DNA of 64,000 nt from contig NW_021830462.1 in the NCBI RefSeq assembly GCF_006345805.1, forward strand, positions 1,540 through 65,539, given 5' to 3'. Positions 13,141 through 25,119 of this stretch are shown here, in pieces. Source of the DNA: Octopus sinensis. Taxonomy: Eukaryota. Below the pieces are notes generated by a model that had not been told where the DNA came from, made no database searches, and saw only the letters and a list, made by a program, of their open reading frames with translations. The position numbers and the translations under genes were made by a program. Position 1 is the stretch's first letter. Every line of letters starts with the position of its first letter.

Positions 13141-13440
13141 TTCTCTTTGACTGAGTTCAAAAGTGATTTTCTAACATTGTTGACTCATTAATCTCTCTCA
13201 TTTTTTATATAAATCTTTCTGTGGTCATTTTCTACCGGATTTTCTTCTCGTATATCTCTTGCTAAGTTTACAAATCAAGCAACTTGTTTTTCTACTAACT
13301 GTCATCCATTCACTGTCGTTGATCCCCCTTGTTGTGTCAAGAAAACCTTCTCCTTTGATAGCTTCTTTCTGCAAACATCTGTCTTAAGGAATCTTCTTTC
13401 TTCTTGTTTCCCTGTTGATATAATCTTAATTCTTTTTTGT

Positions 13441-13822
13441 GGAGGCGCAATGGCCCAGTGGTTAGGGCAGCGGACTTGCGGTCGTAGGATCGCGGTTTCG
13501 ATTCCCAAACCGGGCGTTGTGAGTGTTTATTGAGCGAAAACACTTAAAGCTCCACGAGGCTCCGGCAGGTGATGGTGGTGATCCCTGCTGTACTCTTTCA
13601 CCACAACTTTCTCTCACTCTTACTTCCTGTTTCTGTTGTACCTGTATTTCAAAGGGCCGGCCTTGTCACTCTCTGTGTCACGCTGAATATCCCTGAGAAC
13701 TACGTTAAGGGTACACGTGTCTGTGGAGTGCTCAGCCACTTACACGTTAATTTCGCGAGCAGGCTGTTCCGTTGATCGGATCAACCGGAACCCTCATCGT
13801 CGTAACCGACGGAGTGCTTCCA
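13441..13822 (+). mobile_element. SINE family B, TSD AATCTTAATTCTTTT
   Basis: Full length, TSD on both flanks. Confidence 0.92.
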
Positions 13823-13999
13823 TTTTTTTCCAATCTTAATTCTTTTAAAGTTAACATTGATCATTTTATGAGTTTTAAAGCAGTTTCTCATTAGATTTTC
13901 CCCTGCTTTTCTTTTGTAACTTTGCACAGACTAAATGGTTGCTTGGGGCCTATTTTGCCACCTAAATGTGAGGGACTTCAAAATATAAAATAATAGGAG

Positions 14000-14378
14000 G
14001 AAGCACTCCGTCGGTTACGACAATGAGGGTTCCGGTTGATCCGACCAACGGAACAGCTGCTTGTGAAATTAACGTGTAAGTGGCTGAGCACTCCACAGAC
14101 ACGCGTACCCTTAACGTAGTTCTCGGGGAATATTCGTGTGACACAGAGAGTGACAAGGCGGCCCTTTGAAATACAGGTACAACAGAAACGGAAGTAAGAG
14201 TAAGAGAAAGTTGTGTTGAAAGAGTACAGCAGGGATCACCACCATCACCTGCCGGAGGCCTTGTGGAGCTTTAGGTGTTTTCGCTCAATAAACACTCACA
14301 ACGCCCGGTCTGGGAATCGAAACCGCGATCCTACGACCGCGAGTCCGCTGCCCTAACCACTGGGCCATTGCGCCTCCG
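14000..14378 (-). mobile_element. SINE family B, TSD about ATAAAATAATA
   Basis: Full length, inverted relative to 13441-13822. Confidence 0.9.
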
Positions 14379-14689
14379 ATAAAATAATAATAATAGTAAT
14401 AAAAAAACATGGGATGTGTCAACTGTACAAGCTGACCAAAATTTATAAATAACCTAGCAATTAAATCATCTGTATACAATAAAATTCCTGGTTCTGACAA
14501 AATAAAAGCAACATGTTGTTAAACTGGAGTATATTTAGATTAATTGTGAAACTAATTTTAGAATTAAATCCCAAATAGTTTTTGTCAATTATAGGATAAA
14601 TCTGCAATATATTTTACAAACATATATGAGGTTATAACCCCAATATTATCATTTAATTCAATATATATTTTTAAGTATATTACCTTGGA

Positions 14690-15100
14690 ATAAATACTGA
14701 TTTCAAATTTTGGCACAAGGCCAGCAATTTTAGGGGAGGTGTTAAGTCAATTACATCAACAGAGTTCAACTGGTAATTATTTCATCAAATGCAAAAGGAT
14801 CAAAGGTAAAGCTGACATTGGTAAAATTTAAACTCAGAACATGACAGACAAAATTCCACTAAATATTTTGTCCTGCGTGCTAACGTTTCTGCCAGCTTGT
14901 TGCCTTATCTTGGTGTAAATATTGATTTCAAATTTTGGCACAACACCAGCAATTTTGGGGTTAAGGAATCAATTACATCAACCACAATGCTTCACTGGTA
15001 CTCATTTTATTGACCCTGAAAGGATGAAATGCAAAGTCAACCTTGGAAGAGTTTGAACTCAGCGCATAAAGATGTATGAAATGCTATTAAGCATTTTGTC
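14690..15100 (-). mobile_element. Two tandem old SINE family D-type copies
   Basis: atttcaaattttggcacaa...gcaattttggg repeated at about 14700 and 14925. Confidence 0.65.
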
Positions 15101-15105
15101 ATCAA

Positions 15106-15538
15106 GCGCAGGAGTGGCTGTGTGGTAAGTAGCTTGCTAACCAACCACATGGTTCCAGGTTCAGTCCCACTGCGTGGCACCTTCGGCAAGTGTCTTCTGC
15201 TATAGCCTTGGGCCGACCAAAGCCTTGTGAGTGGATTTGGTAGACGGAAACTGAAAGAAGCCCATCGTATATATGTATACATATATATATATATATGTGT
15301 GTGTGTGTTTGTGTGTGTGTGTTTGTGTGTCTGTGTTTGTCGCCTTAGCATTGCTTGACAACCGATGCTGGTGTGTTTATGTCCCCGTTACTTAGCGGTT
15401 CGGCAAAAGAGACCGATAGAATAAGTACTGGGCTTAGAAAAGAATAAGTCCCGGGGTCAAGTTGCTCAATTAAAGGCGGTGCTCCAGCATGGCCGCAGTC
15501 AAATGACTGAAACAAGTAAAAGAGAGTAAAGAGTAAAG
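15106..15538 (+). mobile_element. SINE family A
   Basis: Matches consensus. Confidence 0.9.
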
Positions 15539-15549
15539 CATGCAAACAG

Positions 15550-15810
15550 TTCTGCCAGCTCTCTGTCTTAGATCGGTGTAAGTATTACAACTGTTTTTCA
15601 CACACCAGCTAAAGTAAATTGCATGATATTAACCCTTCTGTTTGGGAAGGGAATCGAATTGCTCTGAAAGTATGTCACTGTAGTGTCAGCCTATGTTCAG
15701 TAGGAAATTAGTTGGTGTATAACCCCAATATTTTGTGCAGCATGACTGATATATGTTTAAGAATATCTTACATGGCATGCAAACATCAAATGTTTCTTTG
15801 CACACCGAAG
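15550..15810 (+). pseudogene. Cys-rich coding-like segment (FCQLSVLDRCKYYNCFSHTS*...VCHCSVSLCSVGN*LVYNPNILCSMTDICLRISYMACKHQMFLC)
   Basis: Follows aaacag; two stops in about 90 codons. Confidence 0.25.
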
Positions 15811-16444
15811 TACAATAAATTTAATAAGCAAATGTAATGAATGAATGAATACATATCATAATAAATAATAGAAGAGCTATATCAAAAATGGAACAAGAAT
15901 ATATTAAATAAAGATACATATAAGGCATAAATATAAATAAATAATAAATGAAAATTGTTAAAAATAATCAATAATGATAATAATAATAATAATAGCAATA
16001 GAAATAAATAAATGAATAACTACATAAAATAGAATTTTTTTAAAATGTTAGTAGTCCATTAATTTTTCTTGAAATCCACATTCATATTGATGACCTTCTT
16101 AATTAAAGTCTTTGGAAGAAGTTGGAAATTATCAAGAGTAATAGCACCAAAAAACGAAACCAAAACCAGTTCTAAAATACAAAACAAACCAAAAAGTAAT
16201 ATGACAGATATATGTAAAAAAGATGTCAAATACAAGAAAACAGAAAAAAAAAAAATACAAACCATAAAAAGTTTTTGCTGTATTTTGAAATTTAAAATAT
16301 AAAGGGGAAAAAAAAATCATTCTTACTTGCTTTATAACTAGTTTCAAACATTGAGAATTTATTATTGTTGTTGCTTTCTTTCTTCCTGTGTTATCATTGT
16401 CATAAAAGACACATTCATTGCTTTGATATGTTTATATGATGGTA

Positions 16445-16905
16445 AGGCAGAGAGTTGGCAGAATTGTTAGCACGCTGGGCGAAATGCTTAGCAGTTATTT
16501 TGTCTGTCTTCGTGTTCTGAGTTCAAATGCTGCCAGGGTCGATTTTGCCTTTCATCCTTTCATGGTTGATAAGTACCTATTTCTTTATTACCCACAAGGG
16601 GCTAAACGCAGAGGGGACAAACAAGGACAGACACAGGTATTAAATCGATTACATCGACCCAGAGTGCGTAACTGGTACTTAATTTATCGACCCCAAAAGG
16701 ATGAAAGGCAAAGTCGACCTCGGCGGAATTTGAACTCACAACGTAACAGCAGACAAAATACCGCTAAGCATTTCGCCAGGTATGCTAACGTTTCTGCCAG
16801 CTCGCCGCCTTTTATAAGTACCAGTTACTCACTGGGGAGTCAATGTAATCCACTTGCCCCCTCCCACACAATTTCAGGCCTTGTGCCTATAGTAGAAAAG
16901 GATAT
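16445..16905 (+). mobile_element. Old SINE family D-type copy interrupted by a young D copy
   Basis: ggcagagagttggcagaattgttagc head; continues after ATAAGTACC duplication. Confidence 0.7.
16578..16810 (-). mobile_element. SINE family D, young, nested antisense; TSD ATAAGTACC
   Basis: Full D consensus with a duplicated flank. Confidence 0.88.
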
Positions 16906-17029
16906 TATGTATGATAGTGGTGGTGGTAGTAGTAGTAGGAGGAGGAGCTGTAGTAAGAATTGATATAGCTGTAGTAATAGTAATAGCCATGAATTTTTCC
17001 CTTGGTAAAGAGTAGGGTGCTTCGGTAAG

Positions 17030-17260
17030 AAATTATTATTATCATTAGCACACTGAATAAAATACTTGTAGTATTTTATCTATCTTTACTTTCTGAGTTC
17101 AAATTCTTTTGAGATAGACTTTGCCTTTCATCCTTTCAGAGTCTATGAAATAAGTACCAGTTGAAGAATGAGGTCGATGTAATCAACAAGTTCCCTCCCC
17201 CAAAATGTCAGGCCTTGCACCTCTGGTAAAAAGGATTATTATAGTACCAGCGAACTACTG
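17030..17260 (+). mobile_element. Old SINE family D-type copy
   Basis: ctgagttcaaatt...gactttgcctttcatcctttc core. Confidence 0.6.
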
Positions 17261-17728
17261 GGGCTGATGTGACTGACTAGTCCCCTCCTCACACTTTTGT
17301 CACTGCTGGCTGGAACCACTTCCTTTTGCACGTTGCTTTCACACTGTAGAGTCGTGTTTCCGTGCGCTGCTGGAGCATCCTCCATCTAAGCCGGAGGATT
17401 GCTTTTCTCGTTTGTTTTCTTGTTTGTTTTGATTTCTCGTATTGTATTTTCTCTTTGTTTCTCGTTTTGTGTTTTCTTGTGCATGTGTTTTTGTCTTGTA
17501 TTTTATTGTGCAGTTTTGTTGTTACGTCCTGTTTGTGTTGCATTTTTTCGTGCTTGTTTTGCCCCTCTGCGAGGTAATTTTATTTTGGTTTCTCGCAGGA
17601 GGGCCTAGTTTTGATGAGTTGTGTCCTGTCTTGCCTTCGAAGCACGCTTGAGTCTGCTAGTGACAGCTGATGATTGGGGATTTTTCCTTGTGTAGCATGT
17701 CCTGTACTCTGTTTTTCTGTTGTAAAAA

Positions 17729-17882
17729 AATGTTTTCCCCGTTTTCGTTTCTCGTTCTACGTCTAGTTGTGGTGTCCTGTACTCACGTATATATATTTAT
17801 ATATGCATGTATATATACATGTAGATATAGGTACGTACATATGTATGTATGTATGCATATATTTTATTTATTACACCATATA

Positions 17883-17914
<32 letters not shown>

Positions 17915-18061
17915 GGTGTAATAAATAAAATATATGCATACATACAAACATATATGTACGTACCTATATCTACATGTATATATACATGCATATATAAATA
18001 TATCGTGAGTACAGGACACCACAACTAGACGTAGAACGAGAAACGAAAACGGGAAAACATT
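17729..18061. repeat. Foldback inverted duplication centred on (TA)n at about 17900
   Basis: 17729-17788 is the reverse complement of about 18003-18061, and the microsatellite arms mirror each other. Confidence 0.85.
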
Positions 18062-18128
18062 CGGATATTTATTGATCAGGACCTCGTATATATGCATACA
18101 TACATACATGCATACATACATATATATA

Positions 18129-18162
<34 letters not shown>

Positions 18163-18170
18163 CATATATA

Positions 18171-19006
18171 CGAGGTCTGATCAAAAATATCCGGACTGTT
18201 GCCAAAGTAACGAAGTTAAAGTTCGCAGAATAAAGCTGCTTGGCCCAGATTGACCTTAAATTCTGCTGTGCATGTGTACAAAGTTTTAACGTTCTAGATC
18301 ACTTCCTCTGTTTACAGCAGTACTTGGAAGGAAGGTGCGTAGCGTGTGATCTGTGCATTGAAAATGACAGAGAAAGTCGAGCAGACAATCTGCATAAAAT
18401 TTTGTCAAAAGCTTGGCGATACCTGCTCTTTCAAAAATATTTCAGCATTCTCGACACAATCAAGATTTTGTGCAACTGAAACACAAGTGTATTCTAGGTC
18501 AGCTAAAAGCAGTTTTCACACAAAGTTGGCAGATATGTGTCTCATGCCCAAATCGTCAGTGATAACAGACTGAACTGAACTGAACTATAACTAATCTGAA
18601 CATCCACATCCTCTGATAACTCATGCATGCTGATTCAACATTTTCCCTCACAGCTGAATGCACATCTTCGATGTTTTTCTCAGTTCTGCCAGTTGCGAGT
18701 CTCCCAGAATGTTCGTCAATCTCAACATTTTTCCGGCCATCTTGGAAACGTGTGAACCACTCGTACACTTGTGTGTGACTCATAAACTCCTCTCCATACA
18801 CTTTCTGTAATGCTGCTTATGCTCTGAGCAGGACAAGTCTCTCTGTCATGGTCAATGCAACAATCACATACTACACACTTTCCTTCCAAGCAGTACTATA
18901 AATAGCAGAAGTGAGCTACAATGTTAAAACTTAGTGCACAAGGACATCAAAGCTTTAGCTTCATCATTACTATAGCAACAGTCCGGAACTTATTGATCAG
19001 ACCTCA
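18171..19006. mobile_element. Mariner-family remnant bounded by about 28-bp TIRs and TA, made of two converging left ends
   Basis: TIR cgaggtctgatcaaaaatatccggact / agtccggaacttattgatcagacctca; + strand MTEKVEQTICIKFCQKLG; - strand YGEEFMSHTQVYEWFTRFQDGR...DDLGMRHISANFV. Confidence 0.85.
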
Positions 19007-19040
19007 TAATATATAGTATGTATATATATATATGTATATA

Positions 19041-19075
<35 letters not shown>

Positions 19076-19098
19076 TATATATATATATAATGTATGTA

Positions 19099-19470
<372 letters not shown>

Positions 19471-19497
19471 GTTTATTTTTATTATATATATACATGG

Positions 19498-19579
19498 AAA
19501 TATAATATGTAACAATTATTCAGTAGCAATGATAAAACTGAGTTTTATGGCTACTGAATAATTGTCACATATTATATTT
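19498..19579. other. 82-nt near-perfect hairpin (30-bp arms, 1 mismatch)
   Basis: aaatataatatgtaacaattattcagtagc ... gctactgaataattgtcacatattatattt. Confidence 0.85.
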
Positions 19580-19699
19580 ACAGATACATTCCTCTATCTA
19601 CATAATATCGAGGTCTCTTTCATTCTTTTGTTGTCTTACCATTTCTATCAATATATATATGTGTGTGTGTGTGTATACATATTTATATGCATATATGTA

Positions 19700-20022
19700 G
19701 TGAGGGCACGTGGCTTAGTGGTTAGGGCATTCGTCTCATGATTGTAAGGTTGTGAGTTCGATTCCCGGCGACGCGTTGTGTCCTTGAGCAAGACACTTTA
19801 TTTCATGTTGCTCCAGTCCACTCAGCTGGCAAAAATGAGTTGTACTTGTATTTCAAAGGGTCAGCCTTGTCACTCTCTGTGTCACGCTGATTATCCCCGA
19901 GAACTACGTTAAGGGTACACGTGTCTGTGGAATGCTCAGCCATTTGCACGTTAATTTCATGAGCAAGCTGTTCCATTGATCGTATCAGCTGCGACCCTCG
20001 TCGTCGTAACCGGCGGAGTCTT
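19700..20022 (+). mobile_element. Hybrid SINE: family C head + family B tail
   Basis: C central domain followed by tcaaaggg...ccccgagaactacgttaaggg...ggagtc. Confidence 0.8.
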
Positions 20023-21352
20023 TAAGATATGCATATATACATACATACACACATATATATAATATGTTTCTATGTATGTATGTATTTATGTATACACACA
20101 CAAACACATGCACACACGCACACACACACATGGCAAAGATTTGAGATTTTTGTTCAGAAACACACCAAAGTATACACTCCAAATTTTGATCTCGTGACCT
20201 ATATACTTTATCCACTCAGATATCTCGCATCTAAAATTAATGGCTACAGTAGTATTAATAATAATAATAAAAAAAGAATGAAGAGAAAAATTCAAAACTC
20301 TTCCAAAGATATGTACTGGATACTGGGACAAAGACAAAAGAAAATGTAATATTCAAATAAAAATCATTCACAAATAATTTTCATAAGTTATTCATGGAAA
20401 GACAAATATTCAGACTAAATCTGTAATCACAGGATTCAGTAACAATTAGAAATATAAATAGACGTTGGATATTTATCAATAGAGAGAGAAAGAGGATGAG
20501 TGAGAGAGAGAGATAGGAAGAAGTAAGAGAGAATGAATGAGGGAAAAAACGAAGGTTTAAAATTTTCCTTCAGTTAAGAGATTGCGTCAACAAAGAATCA
20601 GGGCAAACATGTGTAACTCTAACATGAAGTTAACTTGCCGTTGCAATTTGGTTCTTTCTCACATTTCAATAACGATATTAACATTTTATTCTTCTTTTAC
20701 AAAAAAAAAAAGAAAGGAAAAAAAAACTCACAGAAAATAAAAGAAACAGGTAAACATTTATTTATTTATCCAAAATAAAGGATACATGTTTTTGTAGGAA
20801 AAATATAGGGTGGTGTAGGGTGTTTTGAATAAATATATAAATAAATAAATGATCCGATGTTGATGAAGGGGAAAAGAACATCTGTTAAGCGTATTATTGG
20901 GAAATATCCTTAAGGCTACCTCCTAGATGAAATGAAATAAATGATGGCAATATATAAACAAAAATAACCCTTCGACAACGACAGCAAAAATGCACCTAAA
21001 TTTCACATTTGCCCATCACTCCTGAGTAAGAACTATTGTACTCCAGTAACATTTCCTCAAGGAAAAATGAAATAAATAAACGACAAAATTACACCTGAGA
21101 TTTTTCAGCATTGTTTAAAAACTATTATAGTTGAGAGGTGAATTGGAATTCTTCAGAACAAGAAAAGACAAGATTATCATTCCTTTAATTCATCCATTCA
21201 TTTACGTGTGTGTGCGTGCATGTGTGTGTATGTACATGTGTGTGTGTTTTAGTGTATGTATGTATTATGTATGTATATATATATATATAATATATATATA
21301 TGTATACACATACACAAATGTATATACATATATTTATACAAATATATATGTA

Positions 21353-21498
21353 TAGCTTGCTAACCAACCACATGGTTCCGGGTTCAGTCCCACTACGTGG
21401 CATCTTGGGCAAGTGTCTTCTGCTATAACCCCGGGCTGACCAATGCCTTGTGAGTAGATTTGGTAGACGGAAACTGAAAGAAGCCTGTCGTATATATG

Positions 21499-21531
<33 letters not shown>

Positions 21532-21742
21532 TTGTGTGTCTGTGTTTGTTCCCTTAGCATTGCTTGACAACCAATGCTGGTGTGTTTACGTCCCCGTAAC
21601 TTAGCGGTTCGGCAAAAGAGACCGATAGAATAAGTACTGGGCTTACAAAAAGAATAAGTCCCGGGGTCGAGTTGCTCAACTAAAAGGTGTTGCTCCAGCA
21701 TGGCCGCAGTCAAATGACTGAAACAAGTAAAAGAGAGTAAAA
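21353..21742 (+). mobile_element. SINE family A, 5'-truncated
   Basis: Matches consensus. Confidence 0.88.
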
Positions 21743-21879
21743 AGATATATATATATATATATGTATGTATGTATATCATTATTCAGTTTATTTCAAGATT
21801 TCTTGCCAATAAAGGACCGGTTTCTAACCTAGATCTAAGGTTCTTCATTGGAATTTCAACATCAACAACAAGATATTTT

Positions 21880-22696
21880 TGTTTGTATGTATGTATATAT
21901 GTATGTATGCATGTATGCATGTATGTATGTATGTATGTATGCATGCATGTATGTATGTATGTATGTATGTATGTATGCATGTATGCATGTATGTATGTAT
22001 GTATGCATGCATGCATGTATGTATGCATGTATGTATGTATGTATGTATGTGTGTGTGTATGTATGTGTGTGTGTATGTATGTGTGTATGTATGTATGTAT
22101 GCATGCATGCATGTATGTATGTATGTATGTATGTATGTATGTATGTATGCATGAATGTATGCATGTATGTATGTATGTATGTATGTATGTATGTATGTAT
22201 GTATGTATGTATGTATGCATGTATGTATGTATGTATGCATGTATGTATGTATGTATGTATGTATGTATGTATGCATGGATGCAGTATGTATGCATGTGTG
22301 TATGTATGTGTGTATGTATGTAGTATGTATGTATGTATGTATGTATTATGTATGCATGTATGCATGTATGTATGTATGTATGTATGCATGTATGTATGTA
22401 TTGTATGCATGTATGTATGTATGTATGTATGTATGTATGTATGTATGTGTATGTATGTATGTATGTAGTATGCATGTATGTATGAATGTATGCATGTATG
22501 TATGCATGTATGTAGTGCATGTATGTATGTATGTATGTATGTATGTATGTATGTATGCATGTATGCATGAATGTATGCATGTATGTATGCATGTATGTAT
22601 GTATGTATGTATGTATGCATTTATGTATGTATGTATGTATGTATGTATGTATGTATGTATGTATGTATGTATGTATGTATGTATGTATGTATGTAC
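21880..22696. repeat. (ATGT)n/(ATGC)n tetranucleotide array
   Basis: Direct pattern; source of the MYVC/HTYI ORFs. Confidence 0.95.
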
Positions 22697-22699
22697 ATA

Positions 22700-23090
22700 C
22701 AAATATATCTTTTACTTGTTTCAGGAATTAGACTGTAGCCATGCTGAAGAATTTTAGTCAAAGAAATCAACTCCAGTATTTATTTTTTAAGTTTGGTACC
22801 TATTTTATCAATCTCTTTTGTTGAACCATTAAATTATGGGGACATACACAAACTAACTCTAGTGGTAAAGCTGTGATGAGGGACAAACAGTGACACAAAG
22901 ACAAGCACACACACACATACAACAGGCTTCTTTCAGTTTCCATCTATCAAATCCACTCATAAGGCTATGGTCAGTCCAGAGCTATAATAAAGGACACTTG
23001 CCCAAAGTACCATGTAGTGGGACTGAACCTGGAACCATATGGTTGAAAAACCAATATCTTACCACACCGACACACCTGTGCCTATGTAAA
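22700..23090 (-). mobile_element. Diverged SINE family A
   Basis: Recognisable consensus with many substitutions. Confidence 0.7.
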
Positions 23091-23175
23091 AGCATCTATC
23101 TCTCTCTCCCCCCCTCTCCCTCTCTCTCTATGTATATATAATATAATCAAAATAAGCAACAAGAATGATTCTGGT

Positions 23176-23266
23176 AATTTGGTACGATCGTTTCGTACTA
23201 CATCATTTTATCAAATGTTGTAAGTATTACAACAGTTTTAAAATGCTGAGCACTCATCAGCCAATT
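23176..23266 (-). ncRNA. Type-I hammerhead ribozyme candidate, canonical core, long stem II
   Basis: aauugg-CUGAUGA-GUGCU[...]AGUAC-GAAAC-GAUC-GUA-ccaaauu; stem III palindrome ACGAUCGU. Confidence 0.75.
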
Positions 23267-23447
23267 ATAGAGGTTTTCCATTAATACAAAAATTTTCATA
23301 TCAAGTGGCAACATTATAGAGAAGGTATATATATATAGACAAAGGTATGGATTTAAATTTTAAGAACATTTGAGGTAGTGGAGCCCATCAACTGACTGAC
23401 TAAGATTTGGTTGTTCCAGACTCCTGTATATATATATATATATACTC

Positions 23448-23764
23448 TTTTTACTCTTTTACTTGTTTCAGCCATTTGACTGCGGCCATGCTGGAGCACT
23501 GCCTTTAGTCGAGCTATTCGACCCTGGGACTTATTCTTTGTAAGCCCAGTACTTATTCTATCGGTCTCTTTTGCCGAACCGCTAAGTATATACATATATA
23601 CGACAGGCTTCTTTCAGTTTCCGTCTACCAAATCCGCTCACAAGGCATTGGTCGGCCCGGGGCTATAGCAGAAGACACTTGCCCAAGATGCCACGCAGTG
23701 GGACTGAACCCGGAACCATGTGGTTGGTTAGCAAGCTACTTACCACACAGCCACTCCTGCACCT
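23448..23764 (-). mobile_element. SINE family A with internal deletion
   Basis: Matches consensus; lacks the gctggtgtgtttacg block. Confidence 0.88.
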
Positions 23765-24219
23765 GATATAGTTTGATTGTAATGTAATGCAGAATTTTTC
23801 TAACTTTGTTGTTTGTTATTCCCTGCATCCATCCCCTCCTCTCATCTTTCTACTTCCTCTGCTCTTTTCTTCTTCCTTTTCATCTTTCAAACTCATTCAT
23901 TGTCTCCCCTCCTATGTCGTCCCAGAATACTTTATTCCTTTTCTCTAATTCTTCTTCCCCTGTGTGCTGTTTCTTTTGAACTCAGACCACACATCTTGTC
24001 ACTTCATTTATCGTTGTCTCTTCCTTAATCACCCTTCTCATTTGTAGTATTTGGAATTAGCTAATACTTTTCACTTGGTGTTACCTATTTGCATACAGTC
24101 CCTGGTTTGTCACTTCTGTTTTACTTCATTTAAAAGATTATTTGTTTCTTACTCTTGGTTACTTTGCCCATTGTTCTGGCTTTGTTAATTGAAAAAAATT
24201 TATCCATACCCTTCAAACT

Positions 24220-24335
24220 TTCCCTTTCATCCTTTCGGGGTCGATGAAATAAGTACCAGTTAAATACTGGGGTTGATTATAACCAACTAATCCTTCCTGC
24301 AAAACTTCAGGCTTTGTGCCTATAGTAGAAAGTAC
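24220..24335 (-). mobile_element. SINE family D-type fragment
   Basis: cctttcatcctttcggggtcgatgaaataagtaccag core; it reads in the family's own sense on the + strand, so the strand call is uncertain. Confidence 0.5.
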
Positions 24336-24410
24336 TACTACTGCCGCTGTTGCTAGCCTTGTGGTAAAATTTGTAACTATTAGTAGTCTTATCATTATTG
24401 TTATTACATA

Positions 24411-24814
24411 GGTGCAGGAGTGGCTGTGTGGTAAGTAGCTTGCTAACCAACCACATGGTTACGGGTTCAGTCCCACTGCGTGGCATCTTGGGCAAGTGTC
24501 TTCTCCTATAGCCCCGGGCCGACCAAAGCCTTGTGAGTGGATTTGGTAGACAGAAACTGAAAGAAGCCTTTCGTATATATGTATATATATATATATATGT
24601 ATGTGTGTGTTTGTGTGTCTGTGTTTGTCCCCCTAGCATTGCTTGACAACCGATGCTGGTGTGTTTACGTCCCCCGTCACTTAGCGGTTCGGCAACAGAG
24701 ACCGATAGAATAAGTACTGGGCTTACCAAGAATAAGTCCCGGGGTCGATTTGCTTGACTAAAGGCGGTGCTCCAGCATGGCCACAGTCAAATGACTGAAA
24801 CAAGTAACAGAGTA
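24411..24814 (+). mobile_element. SINE family A
   Basis: Matches consensus. Confidence 0.9.
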
Positions 24815-25119
24815 ACATTATATTTTACATAATATCTTTTTTTTTCTTCTTCTTTTGGTTTAGACTGTTAAATTAACCAACAGCCTCTTCTACTAACCTC
24901 ATCCCATTCCGCTAACTACCTGTATGGCATTGCGGTTAATTTAACTAGATTTCTGATTTTTCCCAAACTAAGCAAGCAAGCAATTCCCTTGCTGGGAAAC
25001 AAATTCAAAACACACTGAGTTCACTCTGTAAGAATCCCCATGTTTGTTCAGTTTAACAACGGTTGTCATAGTTCAGTTAACATTGCAAATCGTATCAGAG
25101 GATTGGCTTACATTTCCTC

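Noticed and set aside
17290-17728. CpG-richer, T-rich block that might be an LTR or LINE 5' region
   Set aside because: No TG..CA ends, PBS, TSD or ORF identified; left unclassified.
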